Virus record (IMG/VR): IMGVR_UViG_2899946620_000001
Coordinates: 6,033-70,032 of that record
DNA: 64,000 nt
Origin: a virus
Taxonomy: Duplodnaviria > Caudoviricetes
Strand: one strand, 5' to 3'
The notes under the pieces are model-generated. The model saw nothing but the letters and a program-made list of their open reading frames with translations, was not told where the DNA came from and made no database searches. The position numbers were made by a program, and so were the translations under genes. Of this stretch, positions 54,498 to 63,715 are shown one piece after another (positions within the stretch are counted from its first letter, which is position 1; each line of letters opens with the position of its first letter).

Positions 54498-55645
54498 GGA
54501 CGAAGCTCCTTCTCTCGGGAAGGCAAATGCATTGCGGGCTGTCGTGGTTCCCCGACGATCGGGATACTGGCCTAAATTTCAGTCTCTATAGTAATGTTCA
54601 AAGCAATGTGTTTTGCCTCGGCACGAAACGTCGTCCGACATCGAGCAACGATAGCGAACCGATCGCTGCCGTTCATCCGAGACATCATTATCGAAATATA
54701 TACCCAAGCCCTCAAGCATCAGCCTTTCAGGATTGAAGCAGAGGCCAATGTCTTATGCAAGGAAATTATAATATACATCTGTACAACAAAATTTGAGCGG
54801 CCTCTTCATCAAGCAGGCATCCGAGCAGCGGGTTCATAGCGGCCTGCGCGTTGGCAGCAGCAGGCGAACTTACCTCCTGCGGTCCGCCGTGAGACATCGG
54901 AGAGATTTCCCGTGGGCAAATCGAAAAACAAGCGCTCTTGGCGTGACGAAGGCTTGCGCACCGAGAGGCATTTGCGGTATTCCATAAATCAAGGATAGGA
55001 ATTTTATCCTCTCAGGGCTTCAGCATTGTGATACCCGCCGCGGCTTGTTTGATCTCATCGTCCCTGTGCTCGTCACAGGGTCCAGTGAAACCAAGCCTTG
55101 GCCGAAAGAACGCTTCCCGCGCCGCAGACGCGGCGCTGCTGGATTTCTGTGACAAGCACAGAGAGATGAGAGTGGAGCAGGAATTGCAATCCTGCTCCGA
55201 TCCTGCGGAGGCGACCTCGAAAACGTCCGGCGCTCCTCTCGGCGCGGCGTGCTCCTCACTTCCAATTCATGGTTCACGGCGATGCCGCGCGTTCCAAGAC
55301 GCCGCGGCGCCGTGTGCGGCCGGCGATGCGCTTCCGCGTCACCCGAATCCGCGAGGCGGATTCTGCGTGAAGACGCGTTGACCCCAATATCTCGCATGAT
55401 CCAGGCGCCAGCGGCGCCGGGCGAGTGGGCGGCATCGCCGGCCGCAAATGAATTTGATCCACCGCAATACCCGCGAAACGCAAATGTTCATGAGGAGAAG
55501 TCCATGAGTGAAAGGAAGGGCCAGCCCCTCCTGGGCCAACGATGACACTTAAACAGGCGTTATCGAGATGGCGGGAACAGGCGGCATCCAACATGCTTTC
55601 CCAACGGATCCGCTTCAGAGATCTGGCTTCGGCGATCGGAGGCGG

Positions 55646-56053
55646 TTAGCCTAAGTACTCGACTGCTATGACGAGGTTGCCGAAGAGTATCTGCCCCGGG
55701 TCGCCTGATGCTCTCGGGGTGTAGTAAAGAGGAACGACGCGGGGACGTCCGCTCCAAAGGCGCAACGTAGGAAAACCAGTGTGGCTCACGCAGCAGGCAT
55801 CCTGCTGCGAGGGGTCGTTCCAAAAGCTGAACGTGTAAGATGAGGCCGACATATCCCGCAACTGGATCACGTGCTCACCGATCGGCACGAAACAATCATC
55901 TTCTCCATCGCACCAGCCGCTCGTGTGCTCGAAACTTCTGTCAGGCATTTGAAGCCAGGCCTTCACGAAGTATTGCGGTTCGCCCCGTTCCCCCGCAGAG
56001 GCGGAGATCGTCGATGCGGCAATGAGAAAGGCGGTGGCGAGGCTTCGGCGCAT
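55646..56053 (-). CDS. Exported Cys-containing protein
   Basis: Signal peptide MRRSLATAFLIAASTISASA; RBS GGAGGG. Confidence 0.7.
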   Translation of the reverse strand: MRRSLATAFLIAASTISASAGERGEPQYFVKAWLQMPDRSFEHTSGWCDGEDDCFVPIGEHVIQLRDMSASSYTFSFWNDPSQQDACCVSHTGFPTLRLWSGRPRVVPLYYTPRASGDPGQILFGNLVIAVEYLG

Positions 56054-56225
56054 ATTCCCTCCTGGCGTGGCGGTTTTCTCTTCGATAAACGAGGCGGCAC
56101 AGTCCTGTTGCGCCAATCTGATCCGGGATTCTGGCGCAATTATGGATTGCATATGGCGGAAAGATTGTTCCAGAAATTGTGGTCATTAGCTGCCGGCCCG
56201 AGAAGGACGAGGAGCGGAGAAATTC

Positions 56226-56594
56226 ATGATGAAAGATCAGAGCGCCATGCCGGAGGCGGAAGCGCCGGACGCGGCGGGCATGCCGGCTGCGAGAGGTGAG
56301 GGCAGCCCGCTGGGGAGCAGCTTTCTCGGTGCCGTGCGCACGGATTTCGCCCAGCATGGCAGCGAGGTCATCGCTCGCATTCGCGACGAGAAGCCGGAAG
56401 CCTATCTGAAGCTCGTCGCCTCGGTTCTGCCGAAGGACCTGAGTGCCGCAACCGGCGGGGTTGACGATTTGTCGGACGAACAGATCATCGACCGGATCCG
56501 CGCGCTGGACGCTGCGATCCGGCCACTGCTTCCAGCCAGGAAGAGGGCAGGCGGCCTGCGAAAGCGCGTGCCGCCTGCGAAAGTGCAGCTTTAA
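56226..56594 (+). CDS. Probable terminase small subunit (podovirus type)
   Basis: FLGAVRTDFAQHG..VIARIRDEKPEAYLKLVASVLPKD...LSDEQI; RBS GGAG. Confidence 0.55.
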   Translation: MMKDQSAMPEAEAPDAAGMPAARGEGSPLGSSFLGAVRTDFAQHGSEVIARIRDEKPEAYLKLVASVLPKDLSAATGGVDDLSDEQIIDRIRALDAAIRPLLPARKRAGGLRKRVPPAKVQL

Positions 56595-56995
56595 TGCGTC
56601 GGCGCCACTCTTGCCGAGACAGACGCTTCGCTGCTCGAGAAGATGATGACGGCAAAGAGCAGAACGCCGGCGAAGGCGATGAGCGACGAAACGGCGACGA
56701 TCGGCTCCACGGCCGTGTTTCCGGAAAGCATCAGGTAGAGCGACGGGATCAGGACGGCCACCCCGAAGGTGTAGACTGCGTACTGAATCACCGCCAGCCG
56801 CCTTGCCGCCTTTTGAGGATTAAGCGCGTGGTAGCCGCCGAAAATCGCCATGGTTACCCAGCCGAGCAGATTGGCGTGGGCATGGGCGCCCGTTGCGGCA
56901 TGGTTGCCTGTGATCGACATATGCAGGCCGATCGAAATGCCCAGGATCAAAAAAACAATCGCCGTTCTGAAATAAAGATTTGCAATACGTGGCAT
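56591..56995 (-). CDS. Four-TM membrane protein with HAHxNLLGW motif (heme-copper oxidase subunit I-like)
   Basis: Hydrophobic helices, AHAHANLLGWVTMAIFG; RBS GGAGGG. Confidence 0.75.
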   Translation of the reverse strand: MPRIANLYFRTAIVFLILGISIGLHMSITGNHAATGAHAHANLLGWVTMAIFGGYHALNPQKAARRLAVIQYAVYTFGVAVLIPSLYLMLSGNTAVEPIVAVSSLIAFAGVLLFAVIIFSSSEASVSARVAPTH

Positions 56996-57333
56996 CGGTT
57001 TCCCCTCCGAGAAAAAAAGAAAATTAGCATGTTCTCATGCGTATGAGAACATGCAGATAAAAGGCCCTTTCACGCCGCCTCGCTGTTCCAGATGTGACAA
57101 ATCGGAAAACGAGGACCAGGCTCCCAAGGAAACTGCCCGTTCTGATTGAGTGTTGCCCGCATATGGGTCGCGTGGGGCGTGGAACATATTCTGACTTCTC
57201 GCATTCGTAGGATGAACGATGTTCTTTGTAGCGCACCCACATCTTCGGAGGCGCGCAAAAGTCGCTGCAGAAACTCGATTTGGCGCGTGATTTCGTTCGC
57301 AGAAATTTCGATCGTGCAAGGGAGAACCGCAAT

Positions 57334-57489
57334 ATGCTTGGCACCGTCCTCCTCATTATTCTGATCCTGCTTTTGATCGGCGCCATTCCGGCCTGGCCCT
57401 ACTCGTCCGGCTGGGGATACGGCCCTTCGGGAATTCTCGGCGTTCTGGTCGTGGTCCTGTTGATCTTGCTCTTGATGGGCAGAATCTGA
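57334..57489 (+). CDS. DUF3309 family small membrane protein
   Basis: LIGAIPAWPYSSGWGYGPSG; possible GGAAC-N16-CATT stress promoter at 57181-57205. Confidence 0.88.
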   Translation: MLGTVLLIILILLLIGAIPAWPYSSGWGYGPSGILGVLVVVLLILLLMGRI

Positions 57490-57514
57490 AGGCCCGAGGC
57501 ACAGAGAGCCGATT

Positions 57515-57856
57515 TCACCAACTCGCGCCGTCGATAAGGCGGTGCGGGATGTCTTCCCAGACCGAACGATCGAAGACGCGCATGTTGACCCCCATGCGCG
57601 GTGAGCTGCGGCCGGCCGGCGACCAGTGGGTTATGCAGCCGCAAACGCCGCAGTGATGCATGGTCAAGGTCCTGTCGCCTTGGACATATCCGACGAGCTT
57701 TCTTTCAGGATCGGTGATGCTGACCTCGCTGGAAGGGTAATAGCCCCAAAGCGTGCCGAGCCTGCTGCAAAGCGAGCAGTTGCAATCGCCGAGCGTCTCC
57801 GGGCGGACGGGGACCGCGACGCGGACCGCCCTGCAATGGCAATGGCCTTCGATCAT
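57515..57856 (-). CDS. GFA-family Zn protein
   Basis: EGHCHCRAV, CNCSLC, HHCGVCG. Confidence 0.88.
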   Translation of the reverse strand: MIEGHCHCRAVRVAVPVRPETLGDCNCSLCSRLGTLWGYYPSSEVSITDPERKLVGYVQGDRTLTMHHCGVCGCITHWSPAGRSSPRMGVNMRVFDRSVWEDIPHRLIDGASW

Positions 57857-57998
57857 GATTTTCTCCCATCGGCGCTTCGTATGTCAGCACGGCATTGGGG
57901 ACATTATTGATCTTATTCCGGCGCAGTCCAGCAAAGACGAAGCGATGCTTACGCCGGCTACGACCGCAATTCGCAAAAATATAGAGGCGTGATCACGG

Positions 57999-58901
57999 AT
58001 GAGCGTATCCAACCCATCCGAGGGGACAATTGCGTCCGGCCTTTCCGCGATGCTCAGGGAACAGATGCTGCTGATGGCGGAGCTCCACAGGCGGCAACGA
58101 ACGAATATCCTTGCCGCCTACCGGCCCTATGCCAAGCAGCGGGAGTTCCATGCGGCGGGCGCGGCTTTTCGCGAGAGGCTGTTCATGGCCGGCAACCAGC
58201 TCGGCAAGACGCTGGCCGGCGCAGCGGAGGGGGCGATGCACCTGACCGGGCGCTATCCCGACTGGTGGCAGGGCCGGCGGTTCGACCGGCCGATCGTCAT
58301 GCTGGCGGGCTCGGAGTCCTATGAACTGACCCGCGACGGCGTGCAACGGCTACTGGTCGGGCCGCCCCTCAACGAGGAGGAGTGGGGCACCGGATTTCTC
58401 CCGAAAGCGGCGATCAAGGCGACAACGCGCCGCGCCGGCGCTTCCGGTGCTCTCGACAGCGTGACGGTGCGGCATGTTTCGGGCAGAGCCTCGACGCTGC
58501 TCTTCAAGGCATACGAACAGGGGCGCGCCAAATGGCAGGCCAATACGGTGGATTACGTCTGGTTCGACGAGGAGCCGCCGGAAGACGTCTATTTCGAAGG
58601 GATTACCCGCACCAATGCAACGCGCGGCGCCATCGCGGTCACCTTTACGCCGCTCAGGGGCCTGAGCGCGGTCGTGGCCAGGTACCTCATGGAAAAATCG
58701 CCGGATCGCGCGGTGATCACCATGACGATCGAGGATGCCGAGCACTATACGCTCGAGGATCGCCAGCGGGTGGAGGGACGGGGGCGACCTCGGCAAGCGC
58801 AGCGCGGACCAATCTCGGATTGGCGATCGGTACGAACGTGCAGGCCTACGACGCCGGCCTGCAATCGATTGCCACGCTCGCGACTGCCGCCGACAGGATG
58901 A
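57999..58901 (+). pseudogene. P22-like terminase large subunit, ATPase domain only, truncated at about 58768 and read through into out-of-frame fibre sequence
   Basis: FMAGNQLGKT, GRYPDWWQG, VWFDEEPP, TFTPL.G; homology ends after AEHYTLEDRQR and no nuclease domain follows. Confidence 0.85.
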
Positions 58902-60430
58902 TCTACACAACGGCAGCCGATGCCTATGCCACGACGGCGCTGACGCCGTTCGCGCGCACGATCCTCGGCGACGCAGACGCAGCGGCGGCGCTGACGACCC
59001 TGGGTGTGTCCGCTTTCGCCAAAGCGCTCCTGGACGACACGGATGCGGCTACCGCCCGGACGACGCTCGGAGTGGCAATCGGAGCGGACGTGCAGGCCTA
59101 CGACGCGGGCTTACAGTCGATCTCCGGGCTGACGACCGCCGCAGACAGGACGATCTACACGACCGCATCGGATGTCTATGCGACCACGGCGCTGACGCCA
59201 TTTGCGCGAACGATCCTCGACGACACCAGCGCCGCTGCCGTGAAGACCACGCTCGGCCTTGCGGCAGTGGCGTCGTCCGGATCGGCCTCGGATCTCAGCT
59301 CGGGAACGATTTCCGACGCACGGCTTCCGGGCTCGATGGCGGGCAAGAATTTCTCGTCCGGCGTAAGCTTCGCCAATGCGGTTGCTGCCGGGAACACCGA
59401 TCTTTCGAAGCATATCCAGCTCTACAGCGGTTACGGATTCACGATCACGGGTTCGACCCTGAACTATACGGTCCCGGCCAACTCCTCTCATGTGTGGAAC
59501 GTCAACGGAACGGAAGTCGGCCGCCTCAATTCCTCGGGCCTGACGCTGGCAACACCGCTTGCGCTCGCCGAAGGAGGTACGGGCTCGACGGACGCCGCGA
59601 CGGCGAGGTCCAATCTCGGTGCGAACAGCGCTTCCAATCTCACGACCGGAACCATTCCGAACGCCAGAATTGCCGGAGCCTATGACGGCATCACGACGCT
59701 CGGCCAGACCGGCACCCATACGATCACCACCCCCGGCGAGGCGATACGTATCGTTGGCCCCGCCTCCACCGACGATCCGTATGTGAGCTTCTATAAAGGG
59801 GCCACTCGCCAAGCTTATATCCAGCACACCGACGGCACGGGGGTGAATCAAGGGTTTCGCATTTATAACGATACGGCGACCGGCGGCGACACGGCCCTCA
59901 CACTGAAGAATTCCGGCGGCGTCGACAGCCTGGAATTCCAGGTCAACGGCGCCGAGCACGTCGTCTATCACTCCGGAAATCTATCCTCGGCCGACCTCAA
60001 CTCGATCTATGGCTACACGCCGGCGAATTCTGCAAAACAGATCATCGCCGGCAACGGCCTGACCGGCGGCGGCACGCTTGCCGCAGATCGCACCCTGACG
60101 CTCGGCACGCCTGGCGACATTACCAACTCGACGACAAACTCCGTCACGTCTACCAGCCACACCCATGCCCTCGGGTTTACTGCGGCGGAGGTCTATGTTG
60201 GAACTGGTGCCAACGACACGAGCTTTCCGCTCGGCCATATTGTGGCACTGGGTAACGACGCCAACATTGCACGCAATGCCTCCGGCACCCCCACCCTCCA
60301 CAATTCGATCAACAGGTACTACGTCCCATCGACCCACCCGAGCGCCGGAGCAGCATTGGCGGGGACCTGGCGCTCACGCGGAGTAGTCAATGGCAACGGC
60401 GAGTACAACATCATGCAAAGGGTCGCTTAA
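58766..60430 (+). CDS. N-terminally truncated tail fibre protein (possible restart ATG at 58898)
   Basis: GGTGATSASAARTNLG, NVQAYDAGL repeats, LALAEGGTG, C-terminal GTWRSRG....MQRVA. Confidence 0.8.
   Translation, partial: AGGGTGATSASAARTNLGLAIGTNVQAYDAGLQSIATLATAADRMIYTTAADAYATTALTPFARTILGDADAAAALTTLGVSAFAKALLDDTDAATARTTLGVAIGADVQAYDAGLQSISGLTTAADRTIYTTASDVYATTALTPFARTILDDTSAAAVKTTLGLAAVASSGSASDLSSGTISDARLPGSMAGKNFSSGVSFANAVAAGNTDLSKHIQLYSGYGFTITGSTLNYTVPANSSHVWNVNGTEVGRLNSSGLTLATPLALAEGGTGSTDAATARSNLGANSASNLTTGTIPNARIAGAYDGITTLGQTGTHTITTPGEAIRIVGPASTDDPYVSFYKGATRQAYIQHTDGTGVNQGFRIYNDTATGGDTALTLKNSGGVDSLEFQVNGAEHVVYHSGNLSSADLNSIYGYTPANSAKQIIAGNGLTGGGTLAADRTLTLGTPGDITNSTTNSVTSTSHTHALGFTAAEVYVGTGANDTSFPLGHIVALGNDANIARNASGTPTLHNSINRYYVPSTHPSAGAALAGTWRSRGVVNGNGEYNIMQRVA
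58817..59258 (+). repeat. Diverged in-frame duplication in the tail fibre, period 252 nt
   Basis: GLAIGTNVQAYDAGLQSIA...TPFARTILGD vs GVAIGADVQAYDAGLQSIS...TPFARTILDD. Confidence 0.85.
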
Positions 60431-60916
60431 ATGGAAAAGTCGATTTTCGAGGTGGTCACCGTCCACAAGGTCACGGATACGCCGACCCCTGGCATCTACG
60501 ACCTTGATCTCACGTTGAGGATCAACGGCGTGGAGGAACGTTTCGAACACTACGTTTCCACACCTGACGACTCGATCGGTGCGAACCCAGCAATCCGTAC
60601 CTGGATGAAGCAGCATCCGGACTTTCCGGTTCAAAGCTATGTACCGCCGACGACGGAGCAAGTCCGTGCATCGCTTCCGCTACTGACCACCCGTCGGTTT
60701 CGTCTAGGCCTCGTCAAGAACGGGTTTACTCCGGCTCAGGTCGCGGCCGCTATTGAGACAGTGCAGGAAGGTCCTGAGAAGGAGGTTGCGAAAATTGAGT
60801 GGGAATACGCCACCACATTCAACCGCGCGCATCCGCTCATAGACCTCATTGGCACCGCCCTCGGCCTCTCGGACGAGCAGATTGACGCAATGTGGTCCAC
60901 ATCTGCCGACCTCTAG
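60431..60916 (+). CDS. Tail fibre assembly/accessory protein
   Basis: Starts immediately after the fibre stop; TRRFRLGL, IEWEYATTFNRAHPLI..IGTALGLSDEQIDAMW. Confidence 0.75.
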   Translation: MEKSIFEVVTVHKVTDTPTPGIYDLDLTLRINGVEERFEHYVSTPDDSIGANPAIRTWMKQHPDFPVQSYVPPTTEQVRASLPLLTTRRFRLGLVKNGFTPAQVAAAIETVQEGPEKEVAKIEWEYATTFNRAHPLIDLIGTALGLSDEQIDAMWSTSADL

Positions 60917-60983
60917 CCTGTCCTGTCACGGATCGACATACAAAGCTGCGCTGTGGCAACGAAACAATTGCCATCAAATGACA

Positions 60984-61826
60984 TTAGAAAATCCAAAAAA
61001 TCTTATACCGAGTCTTTCGTCGCGCGTCGTTCCAACACATCCGAAAGAATTTCATCCGGGTCGACCAGCTGACATCTGGAAGCTTTTTTACCAGATTGTA
61101 GCAGCCTTTAGTATATTTCAGTCTCTGAGTTAGGCGATCTCGAAAACTTTTGGCCCCATAACGCGCCTCAGAGCCAGATCCCTCTGTGAAGTCGAATGTT
61201 GGTCCGTCGACGTACACTACGAGGTCGCGGACGACAAGTTCTGAAACGACGTATGATGCGAAACACCAAGGATTTCCAAGTTCGAACCAGCGTTCCATGA
61301 GCATTTCTTTTGCGCTGGCTCTGTACAGACCGTAGATCCACTCAGCCGGGAACGTTAGATTTCTTGGAACCTTGCCTGATGCGTATTTACTTGTGAATTC
61401 GAAGACAGAGTCGTCCGGGGCTTTGATTCTGGACCCGCTTCGCCCTACCAGCTTCGTCGAGCATGCGGCAAGAAGCTTTCCGGGATTTTCGTCAAGTGCT
61501 TCAACCAAGCGCGCGAGAAAATCCGGCGACGAATGGTCATCGCATGCACGCAGGCAAAAATATTCGCCACGTTCGGCGCCGAGCCGGACTGCTCTCGCGA
61601 AGTTATCGATCGCGCTTACATGTTCTGCGCATTTGACGACGGAGAAGCGTTCATCCGACCGGCAAAATTGCTCGGCTATGTCGACCGTCTTATCCGTCGA
61701 TTTATTGTCGAGAATGATTGCTTCGAAGCCATCGAACGTCTGTTCGGCAATGCACCGTAGACTGCTGGTGAGTGTCTTTTCGCCATTGTAGACGGGGAAA
61801 ACGACGACAACCTTCGGCTTGGGCAC
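60984..61826 (-). CDS. Glycosyltransferase family 2 (moron)
   Basis: VVFPVYNGEK, ILDNKSTD, RACDD; AT-richer; antisense between fibre and lysin. Confidence 0.88.
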   Translation of the reverse strand: MPKPKVVVVFPVYNGEKTLTSSLRCIAEQTFDGFEAIILDNKSTDKTVDIAEQFCRSDERFSVVKCAEHVSAIDNFARAVRLGAERGEYFCLRACDDHSSPDFLARLVEALDENPGKLLAACSTKLVGRSGSRIKAPDDSVFEFTSKYASGKVPRNLTFPAEWIYGLYRASAKEMLMERWFELGNPWCFASYVVSELVVRDLVVYVDGPTFDFTEGSGSEARYGAKSFRDRLTQRLKYTKGCYNLVKKLPDVSWSTRMKFFRMCWNDARRKTRYKIFWIF

Positions 61827-62055
61827 TGATTTTATCTCTACCGTTCAATCAGTCTTGCACATATCCAATGGCGCAACGATCCGCAACGGGCGTCCATGGC
61901 GAGAGCGCCAGGCGCTTCTTCGGCGGCAGCAAGCTCGCAACGGACGAAGGCCTGTTGAGGAGATCGAGCAAGCCGCTGCGGGTATCCCGAATCTCAACAG
62001 GCCTTAGTCCGCCTTTTTTCGCCGACGAACTGCAATTTCAGCAGAAAGGAACCCC

Positions 62056-62868
62056 ATGACCCAAACCGTGCCTCCGGGCGCGGCGATGCTGCTCGACTTT
62101 ATCCGGGAGGCGGAAGTCGGCAGCAAAGGCCGCGCGTCTTACGACGTGATCTACGGACATAACCAGGGAAAGCTCACAAAGCCGCTTACGCACATGGCGA
62201 TCGCCGAGGTGATCCGTGCGCAGAAGGGGTGGGCGAGGGCGCATGGATCGAGTGCGGCGGGGGGCTATCAGTTCATGCGGGCCACGCTTTCCGGGCTTTT
62301 GAAGGAAGTACCGGGATTGGGCGGAGATCAGCGCTTCGATCCTGCGCTTCAGGACCGGCTCGCCCTTCACCTTCTGAACCGCCGCGGTTTCGCCGGCTTT
62401 ATCTCCGGCAAGATCGGCCCCGTTGAATTCGCGAGGCGCCTGGCGATGGAATGGGCGTCTCTGCCGGTTCTCGCCGATAGCCAGGGTGACCGGCAGCGGA
62501 TAAGGCGCGGGCAGTCCTATTATGCCGGCGACGGGCTCAACCGAGCGCTGGTGCGGCCGGAAAAGCTGGAAGCCGTGCTTCGCGCAGTGCTGGCAGCCGG
62601 TCCACGAGAGGTCGAGGCGGACCGCGCGGGCGAGGCGGCGGCGCTTGTGGTTCCGGCACGCCCGGGCAAGCCGGTTTCCCGGTCCGGCCGCTTCTGGACC
62701 TGGTTGCTGACGGCCGGCGGCACGATCGTCACGGCGCTGAAGGAGCTGAACCTCGTCGCGCTGGATTGGCGGGTGCAGCTTGCGATCCTCGTCATAATCG
62801 TCAGCTTTGCCGTTTACGCGATCTGGTCGATGCCGGCGGTCCGCGACGCTTTGAGGCTCACACGATGA
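62056..62868 (+). CDS. Endolysin (lambda-lysozyme-like) with two C-terminal TM helices
   Basis: LLDFIREAE, YDVIYG, SSAAGGYQFM..TL, QDRLA..LL.RRG, LAMEWASLP. Confidence 0.85.
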   Translation: MTQTVPPGAAMLLDFIREAEVGSKGRASYDVIYGHNQGKLTKPLTHMAIAEVIRAQKGWARAHGSSAAGGYQFMRATLSGLLKEVPGLGGDQRFDPALQDRLALHLLNRRGFAGFISGKIGPVEFARRLAMEWASLPVLADSQGDRQRIRRGQSYYAGDGLNRALVRPEKLEAVLRAVLAAGPREVEADRAGEAAALVVPARPGKPVSRSGRFWTWLLTAGGTIVTALKELNLVALDWRVQLAILVIIVSFAVYAIWSMPAVRDALRLTR

Positions 62869-63110
62869 CGTTTCCGTGGAGCAACCTGGTCGTCGCTGCC
62901 TTGATCCTGGCCGGAATTTCCTGGGCCATACTCGAAATCCGTTCGAATGCCGCGCAGGCGGTCCGCAATTCAATCGAAAGGCAGAACAATGAAGCAGCAA
63001 AGAGCGCTGACGCGAAGCGCTTTGACTATGACGTCTGTTCTTCTTCTGGCGGGCTGTGGAACTTCGGGACCGGTCGATGTGAGCGGCCTTCGCAGCATCG
63101 TGGGAACTGA
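62865..63110 (+). CDS. i-spanin (Rz-like)
   Basis: N-terminal TM helix, coiled coil, C...GLWNFGTGRC; ATGA-coupled. Confidence 0.7.
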   Translation: MTFPWSNLVVAALILAGISWAILEIRSNAAQAVRNSIERQNNEAAKSADAKRFDYDVCSSSGGLWNFGTGRCERPSQHRGN

Positions 63111-63240
63111 ACTTGCCGGCGCCCGCGGCGCGACGCAGATCGACCAGCGCAAGATCGACCGCACGGTGGTCGGCCTCTGCGCGGCGTCCGTCTGGACCAG
63201 GGCGGAGTGTGCGAGACACGGGGAGGGCGGAGATGATTGA
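62989..63240 (+). CDS. o-spanin lipoprotein (Rz1-like)
   Basis: Lipobox LLAGC; IVGTELAGARGATQIDQRKIDRTVVGLC clearly aligns with the 40921-41175 protein. Confidence 0.75.
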   Translation: MKQQRALTRSALTMTSVLLLAGCGTSGPVDVSGLRSIVGTELAGARGATQIDQRKIDRTVVGLCAASVWTRAECARHGEGGDD

Positions 63241-63571
63241 GGCCGGCGTTCACCAGCAGCTCGGCACCTTGGTCGCCGAGGTGAAGAACCTGCGGGAGGA
63301 CCTGCGCCGATCGGAGGACAGGTCGGATGCCGGCCGCGTATCCATGACGCGCCGGATGGACGAGTTGGTCGAGCGCATGCGGACCCTCGAGGGCTCGATG
63401 ATGCTCGTCAAGGACGATATTGCCGCAATGAAACCGGTGACCGAGGACGTGCGCAAATGGAAGCTGATGGGGATGGGCGCTCTCGGCGTTATCGGGATCG
63501 GCGGGGCGGCGCTCGGCGTGACCTTTTCCGATGTGGCAAAACGCGTGCTGTTGCTCACGAAGGCAGGGTAG
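63233..63571 (+). CDS. DUF1515-family protein
   Basis: HQQLGTLVAEVKNLREDLRRSED...KPVTEDVRKWKLMGMGALG. Confidence 0.8.
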   Translation: MIEAGVHQQLGTLVAEVKNLREDLRRSEDRSDAGRVSMTRRMDELVERMRTLEGSMMLVKDDIAAMKPVTEDVRKWKLMGMGALGVIGIGGAALGVTFSDVAKRVLLLTKAG

Positions 63572-63715
63572 AGAAATTTTCGCAGTAATTACGTTGCAGC
63601 GGCGCTGAAGGCGCCGATGCAATAGGTTCCTTTTTTACCGCAATCCGTTGGCCCGACCGGCGTCACTTCCCTGGAAGATGCTCCAGGGTGCTCCGGCGCA
63701 GGAACGTAGCCCAAT

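Larger units (their letters stand above)
50422..63571. mobile_element. Defective phage-derived element (P22-like packaging genes; no capsid, portal or replication genes)
   Basis: Repressor with operators, activator-like genes, terminase parts, tail fibre, lysis cassette; no att or integrase visible; boundaries approximate. Confidence 0.85.

Noticed and set aside
54560-55560. Coding genes or ncRNA in the AT-rich gap
   Set aside because: ORFs on both strands lack RBS or motif support; only a 13-codon stub after a strong RBS near 55505 was seen, too little to call
58382-58765. N-terminal 128 aa of the 682-aa ORF as part of the tail fibre
   Set aside because: It is an alternative frame of terminase-coding DNA; fibre-like sequence starts only after the junction at about 58766
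58817-59258. CRISPR array or DGR template/variable repeat pair
   Set aside because: In-frame diverged coding duplication with changes at all bases, not adenine-specific; no reverse transcriptase or cas genes in the window
50422-63571. Functional gene transfer agent, tailocin or phage satellite
   Set aside because: No capsid or portal (GTA), no tube, sheath or baseplate (tailocin), and no integrase, primase or att (satellite) within the element; partners elsewhere in the genome cannot be excluded
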